Positions 9,005-18,514 of a DNA stretch of 64,000 nucleotides are shown in pieces (the stretch's first letter is position 1; the number at the start of each line of letters is the position of its first letter). A program made the position numbers and the translations under genes. Under the pieces are notes generated by a model, which saw only the letters and a program-made list of their open reading frames with translations, had not been told where the DNA came from and did not search any database. This DNA comes from an uncultured delta proteobacterium. Its GTDB lineage: Bacteria; Myxococcota; Myxococcia; Myxococcales; Anaeromyxobacteraceae. The stretch covers positions 96,001 through 160,000 of the forward strand of contig CAWFDF010000004.1 in assembly GCA_963814585.1 (NCBI GenBank), written 5' to 3'.

Positions 9005-12000
9005 ATGAGAATCAGGCGGCTCGACGTGGTCGGCTTCAAGTCGTTCATGGACCGGACGGTGGTCGTCTTCGACGACGGCGTCACCGGGGTGGTCGGTCCG
9101 AATGGCTGCGGCAAGTCGAACGTCGCCGACGCCATCCGCTGGGTCCTCGGAGAGCAGTCGGCCCGGCAGCTGCGCGGCCGCTCGATGGAGGACGTGATCT
9201 TCAACGGCTCCGAGACCAAGCCGCCGCTGTCGATGGCCGAGGTCGTCCTGACCTTCATCAACGATCGCCCCTCCGAGCTCCCGGCCCAGTACCAGGGCTT
9301 CGGCGAGCTCACGGTGGGGCGCCGCCTCTACCGGAGCGGGGAGTCCGAGTACCTCGTCAACGGCGTCACGGCCCGGCTCCTCGACGTCAACGACATCTTC
9401 TTCGGCTCGGGCATCGGGCGCACCGCCTACTCCATCGTCGAGCAGGGACGCATCGGCCAGATCGTCTCCGCCCGTCCCGAGGACCGGCGCGCCATCATCG
9501 AGGAGGCCGCCGGCATCACCAAGTACAAGAAGCGGCGCGAGGCGGCCGAGCGGAAGATGGAGGCCACCCAGCAGAACCTCACCCGCGTCGCCGACCTGGT
9601 GCAGGAGCTGGGCAAGCAGCTGGAGAGCCTCAACCGGCAAGCCCGCCGGGCCGAGAGGTACAAGGCGCTCAAGGGCCAGATCCGCGAGCTGGAGCTGGCC
9701 GCCGCCGCCGCCCGCTACCTCGAGCTGACCGCCACGCGACGCGCCGCCGAGGAGCGCCACGCCACGGCCAGGACGGAGGAGGCGGTGCTGGCAGCCCGCC
9801 TCGTCGAGCTGGAGGCGGCCACCGAGCACGACCGCCTTCGCCTCTCCGAGAGCGAGGTCAGGCTCAACGACCTGACCGGGCGGGAGCACGAGCTCTCCAG
9901 CGCGGCGCGCGTCTCCGAGGTCTCGGTGGAGGCCGCCAGCCGGGAGCTCGAGCAGATCGGGGAGCGGACTCAGGAGCAGGCCGCCGAGGTCGAGGCCCTC
10001 AAGGCCCAGGCCGAGGGGCTGGCCGGCGAGCGCGAGGCGCTGCTGCGGCAGCGCGACGACCTCACCTCGCTCTCCAGCGCCGACGACGCCCGGCTCGGCG
10101 AGGCCGAGGTCGCCGTCCGGGAGCTCGGTCGCGATCAGGGACGGGCCCAGGGCGAGGTGGACGGCGCCCGCGCCGACGCCGCCGCCGCGCTCAACCTCGC
10201 CACCGGCCACCGGAGCCAGCTGGCCCAGATCGAGCGGCAGCGGCTCGACCTGAAGGCCCGCCACGAGCGCAACCGAGGCGAGGCCGGCGACCTCGCCGAC
10301 CGGACCACCCGCCTCGACGGCTCCCGCTCGCAGTACGCCGAGAAGCTCGGCCAGACGCGGCAGCTCAAGCTGCGGCTCGAGGAGCAGCGCGGCGCGCAGG
10401 AGGAGCTGCTGGAGCGGACCCGCTCCGAGTTCATCCAGAACGAGGCCAAGCTCATCACGCTGCGCGAGGAGCTGCAGGACAAGCGCTCGCGCCTGCAGAC
10501 CCTGGTCGAGGTGCTCCGCAACTACGAGGGGTACGGCCGCGGCGTCCGCTCCATCATGACCCGCGCCGGGCAGGGCGAGGGGCGCGATCGCGGCATCTTC
10601 GGGCTGGTGGCGGACGTGGTCTCGGCCTCCCCCGAGTTCGAGAACGCCGTCGAGGCGGTGCTCGGCGAGCGGCTGCAGTACGTCATCGTCGAGAGCCACA
10701 CCCAGGGCGTCGAGGCCATCGACTACCTGAAGACCGCCGCCGAAGGGCGCGCCTCGCTCATCCCCATGGCGCGGCTCCAGGACGCCTCGTCGTGGCTGCC
10801 CGAGACGGCCCGCCACCCGGGCGTGGTCGCCAGTGCCATCGACGTGGTCCGGTACGAGCCCTCCTACGACAAGGTGGTCCGCTTCCTCCTCGGCGACGCG
10901 CTCATCGTTCGCGACCTGCCCTCGGCGCTGGAGCTCTGGCAGGCCTCGGATCCCAAGCGCACGCTGGTCACGCTCGACGGCGAGGTCCTCGACCCGTCCG
11001 GCGTGGTCACCGGCGGGCCGCTCGAGGGCGAGGGACACGGCGCGCTGCAGCGCCGCCGTGAGGTCCAGGAGCTGGAGGAGACGGTCCGCGCCTTCGAGGC
11101 CGAGTTCGCCCTGGCGCAGGAGCGCCACCGCACCCTGCAGACGCGCCTGCTGCAGCTGGAGGCGGCCCTCAAGACGCTCGACAAGGACGGCCGCGACAAG
11201 GAGCTGGCCCTCCTCGACCAGGAGAAGGACCTGGCCCGGCTCGGCGAGGAGCTGGAGCGGGTGGCGCAGCGGATGGGCCAGCTCGAGCTGGAGCGGACGC
11301 AGCTGGAAGGCGGGCTCTCCTCGCTGGCCCGCGAGGAGGAGGAGCACCGGCTGGCCGCCGCCACCGCCGAGGCCGAGGTCTCGCGCTGCGAGGAGCGAGC
11401 CCGCGCCGCGATGGAGCGGCTCGACGGACTGCGCGGCCGCGCCGACCAGGTCACGGCCGAGGTGCTCAACCTGAAGGTGAAGGTGGCCGCCGACTCCGAG
11501 CGGCGCGAGTCGATCGGCGGGGCGCTCCGGCGCATCGACGACGCCAGGCACGAGGTGGAGGACCGCCGGGCTCGCCTCTTCGCCACCCTCTCCGAGCAGA
11601 ACGCCCGGGCCGCCGAGCTGCGCGGCCGCGTCGAGGGGACCCGGGTCGACCTCGGCCGGCTCGCCGCCGACCTGTCGCTGGTGCAGGCCCAGCTCGGCGA
11701 CGCCAGGATCGTCCACGAGGGGCTGCAGATCGGCGGCCGGGCCCGCGAGGCCGAGGTTCGCGACCTGCGCGCCCGCGTCGAGGGCCTGCGCACCGAGATC
11801 TCCGCCTCGGCGCTGACCGCCCGCGAGCAGGCCCTGGAGCTCGCCCACCTCGAGGCGCAGACGCGCGAGCGCTGCCAGGCCGAGCTCAAGCACGAGCTGG
11901 CCCGCTTCCACCTGGAGAGGCCGCCCGGCCAGGTGGAGCACGATCGGCTGGAGGAGCTGAAGGCGCAGGCCGAGCGGATGGGAGCCATCAACCTCACCGC

Positions 12001-12601
12001 CATCGAGGAGTACGACGAGCTGGCGCAGCGCCACACCTTCATGACCACGCAGAAGGCCGACCTCGAGGCCTCCCTGCTGGACCTCAAGGCCGCCATCGTC
12101 AAGATCAACCGGGCCAGCCGGGAGCGGTTCCAGGAGACCTTCGACCGGGTCAACGAGAAGTTCCAGCAGGTCTTCCCCCGCCTCTTCAGCGGTGGCCGCG
12201 CCGGCCTGGTCCTGACGCAGGACGAGGGCAGCGACGGCGAGGCCGGCGTGGAGATCTTCTCCCAGCCGCCCGGCAAGAAGCTCCAGAGCGTCAACCTGCT
12301 CTCCGGCGGCGAGAAGGCGCTCACCGCGGTGGCCCTCATCTTCGCCATCTTCCTCATCAAGCCGACGCCGTTCTGCCTGCTCGACGAGGTCGACGCGCCG
12401 CTCGACGACGCCAACGTCGGCCGGTACAACGACATGGTCCGGGAGATGTCCACGACCTCCCAGTTCATCCTCATCACCCACAACAAGCGGACCATGGAGA
12501 TGGTCGACACGCTCTACGGCGTCACCATGGAGGAGCCGGGCGTGTCCAAGCTGGTGTCGGTGCGCCTCTCCGACCGGGCCCGCGAGTCGAGCGCGGCCTA
12601 G
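9005..12601 (+). CDS. smc: Chromosome segregation protein SMC
   Basis: GFKSF, Walker A GPNGCGKSN, long coiled coils with a hinge, LLSGGEKAL, Walker B LLDEVDAPLD; 1198 aa. Confidence 0.97.
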   Translation: MRIRRLDVVGFKSFMDRTVVVFDDGVTGVVGPNGCGKSNVADAIRWVLGEQSARQLRGRSMEDVIFNGSETKPPLSMAEVVLTFINDRPSELPAQYQGFGELTVGRRLYRSGESEYLVNGVTARLLDVNDIFFGSGIGRTAYSIVEQGRIGQIVSARPEDRRAIIEEAAGITKYKKRREAAERKMEATQQNLTRVADLVQELGKQLESLNRQARRAERYKALKGQIRELELAAAAARYLELTATRRAAEERHATARTEEAVLAARLVELEAATEHDRLRLSESEVRLNDLTGREHELSSAARVSEVSVEAASRELEQIGERTQEQAAEVEALKAQAEGLAGEREALLRQRDDLTSLSSADDARLGEAEVAVRELGRDQGRAQGEVDGARADAAAALNLATGHRSQLAQIERQRLDLKARHERNRGEAGDLADRTTRLDGSRSQYAEKLGQTRQLKLRLEEQRGAQEELLERTRSEFIQNEAKLITLREELQDKRSRLQTLVEVLRNYEGYGRGVRSIMTRAGQGEGRDRGIFGLVADVVSASPEFENAVEAVLGERLQYVIVESHTQGVEAIDYLKTAAEGRASLIPMARLQDASSWLPETARHPGVVASAIDVVRYEPSYDKVVRFLLGDALIVRDLPSALELWQASDPKRTLVTLDGEVLDPSGVVTGGPLEGEGHGALQRRREVQELEETVRAFEAEFALAQERHRTLQTRLLQLEAALKTLDKDGRDKELALLDQEKDLARLGEELERVAQRMGQLELERTQLEGGLSSLAREEEEHRLAAATAEAEVSRCEERARAAMERLDGLRGRADQVTAEVLNLKVKVAADSERRESIGGALRRIDDARHEVEDRRARLFATLSEQNARAAELRGRVEGTRVDLGRLAADLSLVQAQLGDARIVHEGLQIGGRAREAEVRDLRARVEGLRTEISASALTAREQALELAHLEAQTRERCQAELKHELARFHLERPPGQVEHDRLEELKAQAERMGAINLTAIEEYDELAQRHTFMTTQKADLEASLLDLKAAIVKINRASRERFQETFDRVNEKFQQVFPRLFSGGRAGLVLTQDEGSDGEAGVEIFSQPPGKKLQSVNLLSGGEKALTAVALIFAIFLIKPTPFCLLDEVDAPLDDANVGRYNDMVREMSTTSQFILITHNKRTMEMVDTLYGVTMEEPGVSKLVSVRLSDRARESSAA

Positions 12602-12662
12602 CGGAGCGCCCTCCGGTGCCTCCTCGCCAGCGCCGGGCGGGTCCATGCGCCCTGGGGGCGCG

Positions 12663-12694
12663 TTGACACTCCCGCGCCGGGGGACCTATATCCT
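12663..12694 (+). promoter_or_regulatory. Possible sigma70 promoter for ftsY
   Basis: Perfect TTGACA at 12663-12668, then TATATCCT at 12687-12694 in a GC-rich intergenic region; spacing is imperfect. Confidence 0.4.
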
Positions 12695-12730
12695 CGCCCG
12701 CTCGAGCCCCTTCCCTCCGGAGCCTGCCCC

Positions 12731-14092
12731 GTGATCCCCCCGCTCGCCCTCACCGCGAACGACCTCGTCGGCGTCGGCGCCATCGCCGCCGTCCTGGTCC
12801 TGCTGGTCGCCGCCGGCGCCCGGGTGGCGCGGCGGAAGCGGCGCGAGTCGGCCGGTGCGCCGGCCGCCAGGATCACGCTCGAGGGCGTGAAGGGGAGCGG
12901 CGCCGCCGTCCCGCCCCCGCCGCCAGCGGCCGCGCCACCCGCCCCGCCTCGCCAGGTCAGCGCCGCCCCCGGTCCCACGCTGGACGAGGAGGCCCGCAAG
13001 GAGGCCTACCGCCAGAAGAAGGAGCAGGATCGGCTCGAGAGGGAGCGCAGGCGCCTGGAGCGCGAGGCGGCCGAGCAGCGCGCCCGCGAGGAGGCTGCCC
13101 GCGCCGCCGCCGAGGCCGAGGCGGCGCGGCAGGCCGAGCTGGAGGCGCAGCGGCGCAAGGCCCAGGCCGAGGCCGGCAAGACCCTCTCGGCCGGGCTGGA
13201 GAGGACCCGCGGCGGCTTCATGGCCCGGCTCAACGGCCTGCTCGGCGGTGGCCGGTCCATCGACGACTCGGTGCTCGCCGATCTCGAGGAGCTGCTCTTC
13301 TCGGCCGACATCGGCGTCACCACCGCCACCGCGCTGCTGGAGGCGGTGCGCGCCAAGGTCCGCGCCAAGGCGTTCTCGGATCCGGGCCAGGTGAGGCAGG
13401 CGCTCCGCGCCGAGATCGCCCGCATCCTCTCGCTCGGCGGCGCCGCCTCGACGCTGCCGCCCTTCGCGCCCGGCCAGGCCCGCCCTTGGGTGGTGATGGT
13501 GGTCGGCGTCAACGGCTCGGGCAAGACCACCACCGTCGGCAAGCTGGCCGCCAAGCTCAAGGCGGCTGGCCACTCGGTGCTGCTCGGAGCCGGCGACACC
13601 TTCCGCGCCGCCGCCGGCGAGCAGCTGGAGGTCTGGGCCAGCCGGGTGGGCGCGCCGGTGGTCCGCGGCAAGGAAGGAGCCGACCCCGCCAGCGTCTGCT
13701 TCGAGGCCGTCCAGCAGGGCGTGGCCTCCGGCGCCGACGTGGTGATCTGCGACACCGCCGGGCGGCTCCACACCAAGGCGCCGCTGATGGAGGAGCTCAA
13801 GAAGGTGAAGCGGGTCATCGCCAAGGCGGCGCCCGGCGCGCCCCACGAGGTCTTGCTGGTGCTCGACTCGACCAATGGCCAGAACGCCATCGCCCAGGCC
13901 CGCCAGTTCCACGAGGCGCTGCAGGTGACCGGGCTGGCGCTCACCAAGCTCGACGGCACCGCCAAGGGCGGCGTGATCATCGGCATCTGCGCCGAGCTGA
14001 AGCTGCCGGTCCGGTGGGTCGGGGTCGGCGAGGCGGTCTCCGACCTGCGAGCCTTCTCGCCGGACGAGTTCGTCGAGGCCCTCTTCGAATGA
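12731..14092 (+). CDS. ftsY: Signal recognition particle receptor FtsY
   Basis: [22 protein letters not shown] and [10 protein letters not shown] motifs. Confidence 0.96.
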   Translation: MIPPLALTANDLVGVGAIAAVLVLLVAAGARVARRKRRESAGAPAARITLEGVKGSGAAVPPPPPAAAPPAPPRQVSAAPGPTLDEEARKEAYRQKKEQDRLERERRRLEREAAEQRAREEAARAAAEAEAARQAELEAQRRKAQAEAGKTLSAGLERTRGGFMARLNGLLGGGRSIDDSVLADLEELLFSADIGVTTATALLEAVRAKVRAKAFSDPGQVRQALRAEIARILSLGGAASTLPPFAPGQARPWVVMVVGVNGSGKTTTVGKLAAKLKAAGHSVLLGAGDTFRAAAGEQLEVWASRVGAPVVRGKEGADPASVCFEAVQQGVASGADVVICDTAGRLHTKAPLMEELKKVKRVIAKAAPGAPHEVLLVLDSTNGQNAIAQARQFHEALQVTGLALTKLDGTAKGGVIIGICAELKLPVRWVGVGEAVSDLRAFSPDEFVEALFE

Positions 14093-14793
14093 GCCGGTTC
14101 GCCGCCGTCCTCTTCGACATCGACGGCACGCTCCTGCGCGCCGGCGGGGCCGGGCGGCGCGCCTTCACCCGGGCCATGGAGGAGCTCACCGGGCCGGTGC
14201 CCGACGCGGTGGCCGAGATGCGCTTCGACGGCATGACCGACCGGCTCATCGTGCGCGAGGCGCTGGGCCTCGCCGGCCGCCGCTTCCAGGCGGCGCTGGC
14301 CGACGCCATCCTGGAGCGCTACCTCGTGCACCTGCCGGGCGAGCTCGACTCGCCCGCCTTCCGAGTCCTGCCGGGCGCCGCCGTCACCCTGGAGCGGCTG
14401 CGTGGGCGCGGCGCCTCGCTCGGCCTCTGCACCGGGAACCTCGCCCTCGGCGCCAGGCTCAAGCTGCGCCATGCCGGCCTCGACGGCTTCTTCGACTGGT
14501 CGCCAGCCGGGGCGCACGGCTTCGCCGAGGACGGCGAGGCGCGGTCCCGGCTGGTGGCGGCGGCGGTGGCCAGGGTGTCGGCGGCGCTGGCGCGGGCGGT
14601 GGCCCCGGCCGAGGTGCTGATCGTCGGCGACACGCCGCGCGACGTCGAGGCCGCGCGCGAGGTCGGCTGCGCGGTGCTCTGCGTCGCCACCGGAAACTAC
14701 GACGCCGCCGCGCTGGCGGCCTGGCGCCCCGACGCCCTGGCCGAGTCGCTCGAGCACGCCGAGGCGCAGCGCCTGCTCGGCCTGGGAGCTTGA
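14089..14793 (+). CDS. HAD-family hydrolase
   Basis: ATG overlaps the ftsY stop; LFDIDGTL, TGN and VGDTPRDV motifs. Confidence 0.88.
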   Translation: MSRFAAVLFDIDGTLLRAGGAGRRAFTRAMEELTGPVPDAVAEMRFDGMTDRLIVREALGLAGRRFQAALADAILERYLVHLPGELDSPAFRVLPGAAVTLERLRGRGASLGLCTGNLALGARLKLRHAGLDGFFDWSPAGAHGFAEDGEARSRLVAAAVARVSAALARAVAPAEVLIVGDTPRDVEAAREVGCAVLCVATGNYDAAALAAWRPDALAESLEHAEAQRLLGLGA

Positions 14794-15311
14794 GCGTGGA
14801 CCCCTCCACCGCTCCCGCGCCCGCGCTGGCCGGCACCTCGCGGCTCTCGGTGGCCGAGGCGACCCGCGCGGCGCTGGACGCCCTGCAGGCCTGCCTCGAC
14901 GGCTGCCCCGACTACTTCGCCAGGACCGAGGGGGCCCCGGCGGGCCGGGATGCGGCCGCCCACCTGCTCGAGGAGGCCGAGGCCGACCCGCTGCGGCGGG
15001 TCTACCTCTTCTCGCTGAGGCGCTCCGGCGCGCCGGCGGCGCTGCTCGACCTGTGGCTCGACCAGCCGGAGCCTGGAACGGCCCACCTCGGCCTCCTGCT
15101 GGTGCGCGAGGCGCTGCAGGGACAGGGGCTGGGGCGCGAGGCGGTCGCGGCGCTGGAGGCGGCGCTGGGCGACGCCGGCTGCGCGGCGCTCCGGCTCTCC
15201 GTGACCGACGAGAACCGCGAGGTCGATGGGTTCTGGACTCGGCTCGGCTTCGCCACGGTGGGCCGCCTCGAGGGCGGCGTCACCGTGTACGAGAAGCCGC
15301 TGCGCGGCTGA
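14790..15311 (+). CDS. GNAT-family acetyltransferase
   Basis: QGQGLGR acetyl-CoA motif and N...FWTRLGF; start uncertain (TTG 14790 or GTG 14796). Confidence 0.85.
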   Translation: MSVDPSTAPAPALAGTSRLSVAEATRAALDALQACLDGCPDYFARTEGAPAGRDAAAHLLEEAEADPLRRVYLFSLRRSGAPAALLDLWLDQPEPGTAHLGLLLVREALQGQGLGREAVAALEAALGDAGCAALRLSVTDENREVDGFWTRLGFATVGRLEGGVTVYEKPLRG

Positions 15312-15400
15312 TGCGCAGCGGACCGCCTTCGCCGCTGCGCGGCTGATGCGCAGCGGACCGCCTTCGCCGCTGCGCGGCTGATGCGAAGCGGTCCGCCCGT
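15296..15400. repeat. Three tandem copies of a 35-bp palindromic, REP-like unit
   Basis: GCCGCTGCGCGGCTGATGCGCAGCGGACCGCCTTC at 15296 and 15331 (identical), degenerate copy at 15366; the intact units have a 9-bp stem CCGCTGCGC/GCGCAGCGG. Confidence 0.9.
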
Positions 15401-15418
15401 GCCGCTTCGTGGCCGAGG

Positions 15419-16927
15419 CTACTCGACGGTGGCGGCCGGCGTGAAGACGCGGGCCCAGCGGACGACCGAGCCGCGCAGCCCCTCGTAGATCGAGGTGAGC
15501 GCCACGTAGCCGAAGCCGACCTGGAAGAGCACCAGGAACGGGATCGAGTAGTAGACCTCGCGCTCGATCAGGTAGGCGATGCCGTAGGTCATGTAGGCCG
15601 CCAGCCCCAGCTCGACCAGCGGCTGGAAGGTGGCCAGGGCCCGGTAGGCGCCTCGCGAGGCCTTCCGGGTCACCGGGCCGCCCACGCCCGCCTTGGGGGT
15701 GCGGACGAAGCCGGTCTCGTAGCCCATCAATGCCTCGATCACCGCCCGGGCGTTGTTCACCGAGAGGCCGATGCCGAGCGCCATCACGAAGGGCAGGTGC
15801 TTGATCCGCTGCCACCACGAGGCGCCCTGCTCGGCCTGGCTGATGGCGTAGAACATCAGCACCGAGAGGGTCGCCAGCACCGAGAACGGCAGGTCGACCA
15901 GCAGCACCTCGAACCAGCCATGGGAGACCCGGACCACGCAGGAGACCGGCAGCAGGATCGAGAGTGGGATCATCACCACCCAGGCGATGTTGGCGGTCAG
16001 GTGGAAGAAGGCCTCCTTCCTCTGCTCCGGCGGCAGGCCGGCCTGGCGCAGCATCGGCCAGAGCTTGAGCGCCACCTGGATCGAGCCCTTGGCCCAGCGG
16101 TGCTGCTGCGCCTTGAAGGCGTTCATGTCCTCCGGCAGCTCGGCGGGCGCGACCACGTCGGGCAGGAAGACGAAGCGCCAGCCCTTCACCTGGGTCCGGT
16201 AGGAGAGGTCCAGGTCCTCGGTGAGCGTGTCGTGCTGCCAGCCGCCGCCGTCGACGATGGCGGCGTGGCGCCACATCCCGGCGGTGCCGTTGAAGTTGAA
16301 GAAGCGGCCGGACCGGCTGCGCGCCGAGTGCTCCACCATGAAGTGGCCGTCGAGGAAGATGGCCTGCGCCCGGGTCAGCAGCGAGTGGTCCCGGTTGATG
16401 TGGCCCCAGCGGGCCTGCACCACGGCGACCTTCGGATCGGTGAAGTGGTGGATGGAGCGGAGCAGGTAGTCAGCGGGGGGCAGGAAGTCGGCGTCGAAGA
16501 CGGCGACGAACTCACCCTTGGAGGTGGTCAGGCCGTGCTCCAGCGCACCTGCCTTGTAGCCCTGCCGGTTGACCCGGTGGATGTAGACGATATCGAGGCC
16601 CGTGGCCTTCCAGCGCTCCACCGCGGCGCGGGCGATCCCCTGCGTCTCGTCGGTGGAGTCGTCCAGCACCTGGATCTCGAGCTTCTCGCGCGGGTAGTCG
16701 AGGGCGCAGACGGCGTCGATGACCCGCTCGGCGACGCAGAGCTCGTTGAACATCGGCAGCTGGACGGTGACCCGCGGCAGCTCCGCGAACCGCCCGGCCG
16801 GCGTCGGCAGCCGGTACTTGTGCCGGTAGTGCAGGTAGGCCATCCGGATCCGGTGGGACCCGTAGACCGACAGGACCAGCAGCAGCAGCGAGTAGGCGAC
16901 GAAGACCGACAACTCCAGAGTACTCAT
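15419..16927 (-). CDS. Processive family 2 glycosyltransferase (cellulose synthase-like)
   Basis: LDDSTD, KAG, FDADF, TEDLD and QQHRW motifs; N- and C-terminal TM helices. Confidence 0.9.
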   Translation of the reverse strand: MSTLELSVFVAYSLLLLVLSVYGSHRIRMAYLHYRHKYRLPTPAGRFAELPRVTVQLPMFNELCVAERVIDAVCALDYPREKLEIQVLDDSTDETQGIARAAVERWKATGLDIVYIHRVNRQGYKAGALEHGLTTSKGEFVAVFDADFLPPADYLLRSIHHFTDPKVAVVQARWGHINRDHSLLTRAQAIFLDGHFMVEHSARSRSGRFFNFNGTAGMWRHAAIVDGGGWQHDTLTEDLDLSYRTQVKGWRFVFLPDVVAPAELPEDMNAFKAQQHRWAKGSIQVALKLWPMLRQAGLPPEQRKEAFFHLTANIAWVVMIPLSILLPVSCVVRVSHGWFEVLLVDLPFSVLATLSVLMFYAISQAEQGASWWQRIKHLPFVMALGIGLSVNNARAVIEALMGYETGFVRTPKAGVGGPVTRKASRGAYRALATFQPLVELGLAAYMTYGIAYLIEREVYYSIPFLVLFQVGFGYVALTSIYEGLRGSVVRWARVFTPAATVE

Positions 16928-17032
16928 GAATGCCCTATGCGCGTCGGCTCGCCATGGGCGGCCTCCTCGCTCAATCCAGAAGCAGGTGGGTGTGGCGTCG
17001 ACCTTCTGGACAGCAAGACCGAGGCCGCGCGT

Positions 17033-17060
17033 ACTCTACTCATCCAGACCGAAAAGTCAA
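17033..17060 (-). promoter_or_regulatory. Possible sigma70 promoter for the GT2 gene
   Basis: Minus strand TTGACT-N16-TAGAGT with an AT-rich tract upstream. Confidence 0.4.
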
Positions 17061-17157
17061 ACCGGCAAGCCATTGAAAACAATGCGCTTTTGGCGCCTGT
17101 GGCGCGCGTCGGGTGCCGCGATCCGCCCTCGCTGCCCGGAAGGCGGGCAGTCCCCCG

Positions 17158-18468
17158 CTACCTCACCGGCACCGCGGGGGTGCCCGGCGCCTGCTCGCTG
17201 GCCTTGAAGAGGTCGACCGCCTTCAGGTAGTCGAGCGCCGTCCGGAGCTGGTAGTCCTCCCCCGCCCCCTGCGCCGCCGTCCTGGACCGGTCGCCGGAGT
17301 CACCGTGGGGAGGTCGCTTCGGGTCCTTCTCCACGGCCCCGTCCTCGCGCGGCGGGGGCGAGGCGTCGGCCACCAGCACGTCGGGGGTGATCCCCAGCTC
17401 CTGGATGGAGCGGTGGCGGGGCGTGTAGTACCGGGCCACCGTCAGCTTCAGGCCGGAGCCGTCCTCCAGGTCGATGATCGACTGGACCGAGCCCTTTCCG
17501 AAGGTCTGCGTCCCCATGATCACGGCGCGCCGGTGGTCCTGCAGGGCGCCGGCCACGATCTCGCTGGCGCTGGCCGTCCCCCTGTTGACCAGCACGATGA
17601 GCGGGTAGCCGGGCTCGGTGTCCTTCTCGTGCGCCTTCTCCACCTCGACGGTGCGCCGGTTGCGCCCCTCGGTGGTGACGATGGTCCCGCCGGCGAGGAA
17701 GGCGTCGGCCACGCGGACCGCCTGGTCGAGCAGGCCCCCCGGATCGTTTCGCAGGTCGAGCACCAGCCCGCGCAGGTCGCCCCGCACCGCCGTGCGCGCG
17801 TCGTCGAGCGCCCGCCGCAGCGCCCGGTCGGTCCGATCCTGGAAGGCCTTGATCCGGACGTAGGCGTAGCGGTGCGGTGCGTCCAGCACCCGCCACTCCA
17901 CGCTCTGCATGCGGATCCGGTCCCGCAGCAGCGTCAGCCGCTGTGGCCCCGAGAAGCCGTCTCGCATCACCTCCAGCACCACCTTGCTCCCGAGCGGTCC
18001 CTTGAGGCGCCGTCCCGCCTCGGCCAGCGAGAGCTCGCGGGTGGAGGTCCCGTCGATGGAGAGGAGGCGATCGCCGGGGAGGATGCCGGCCCGCTCGCCG
18101 GGCGAGTCGGCCATGGGAGAGATGACCACCAGCTGGTCGTTCCGGATGGCCAGCTCGAGCCCGAGCCCGTCGAACTCGCCGCTGGTCTCGTCGCGCACGG
18201 CCCTGTAGAGCTCCGGCCGCATGAACACGGAGTGTGGGTCGAGCTGGCCCATCATCCCCTCGATGGCGCCGTAGACCAGGTCCTCCGGCCTGCGCTCCTC
18301 GACGTAGCTGTTCTCGACGTGGCCCAGCACCGCCGCGAAGGTGTCCAGTGGCCGGGCCCGGTCCGGCCTCCGGGCCGCCAGCGCCACCTGGTCGAAGGAG
18401 AGTCCCGCCAGGAAGGCGGCGCCGATGGGGAGCGCGGCGAGGAGGCCCCGGACGAGCTTCGTGCGCAT
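17158..18468 (-). CDS. ctpA: S41 carboxy-terminal processing protease
   Basis: LDPHS, PDZ domain (GLGLE), LDLRNDPGG, TASASEIVAGAL and TFGKGSVQ motifs. Confidence 0.92.
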   Translation of the reverse strand: MRTKLVRGLLAALPIGAAFLAGLSFDQVALAARRPDRARPLDTFAAVLGHVENSYVEERRPEDLVYGAIEGMMGQLDPHSVFMRPELYRAVRDETSGEFDGLGLELAIRNDQLVVISPMADSPGERAGILPGDRLLSIDGTSTRELSLAEAGRRLKGPLGSKVVLEVMRDGFSGPQRLTLLRDRIRMQSVEWRVLDAPHRYAYVRIKAFQDRTDRALRRALDDARTAVRGDLRGLVLDLRNDPGGLLDQAVRVADAFLAGGTIVTTEGRNRRTVEVEKAHEKDTEPGYPLIVLVNRGTASASEIVAGALQDHRRAVIMGTQTFGKGSVQSIIDLEDGSGLKLTVARYYTPRHRSIQELGITPDVLVADASPPPREDGAVEKDPKRPPHGDSGDRSRTAAQGAGEDYQLRTALDYLKAVDLFKASEQAPGTPAVPVR

Positions 18469-18514
18469 CCCGGCAGTCTACCGCGGCTCGGTCGCCCAGG
18501 GCGCGGCACTACGG

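Noticed and set aside
8609..12646. Very long antisense or alternate-frame ORFs (also 31414-35544, 25518-28766, 35602-38847, 41566-44523)
   Set aside because: Shadow ORFs expected at very high GC; they overlap motif-supported genes and show no recognisable domains
15296..15400. 35-bp palindromic repeats as a mini CRISPR array
   Set aside because: Units are directly adjacent with no spacers, and there are no cas genes
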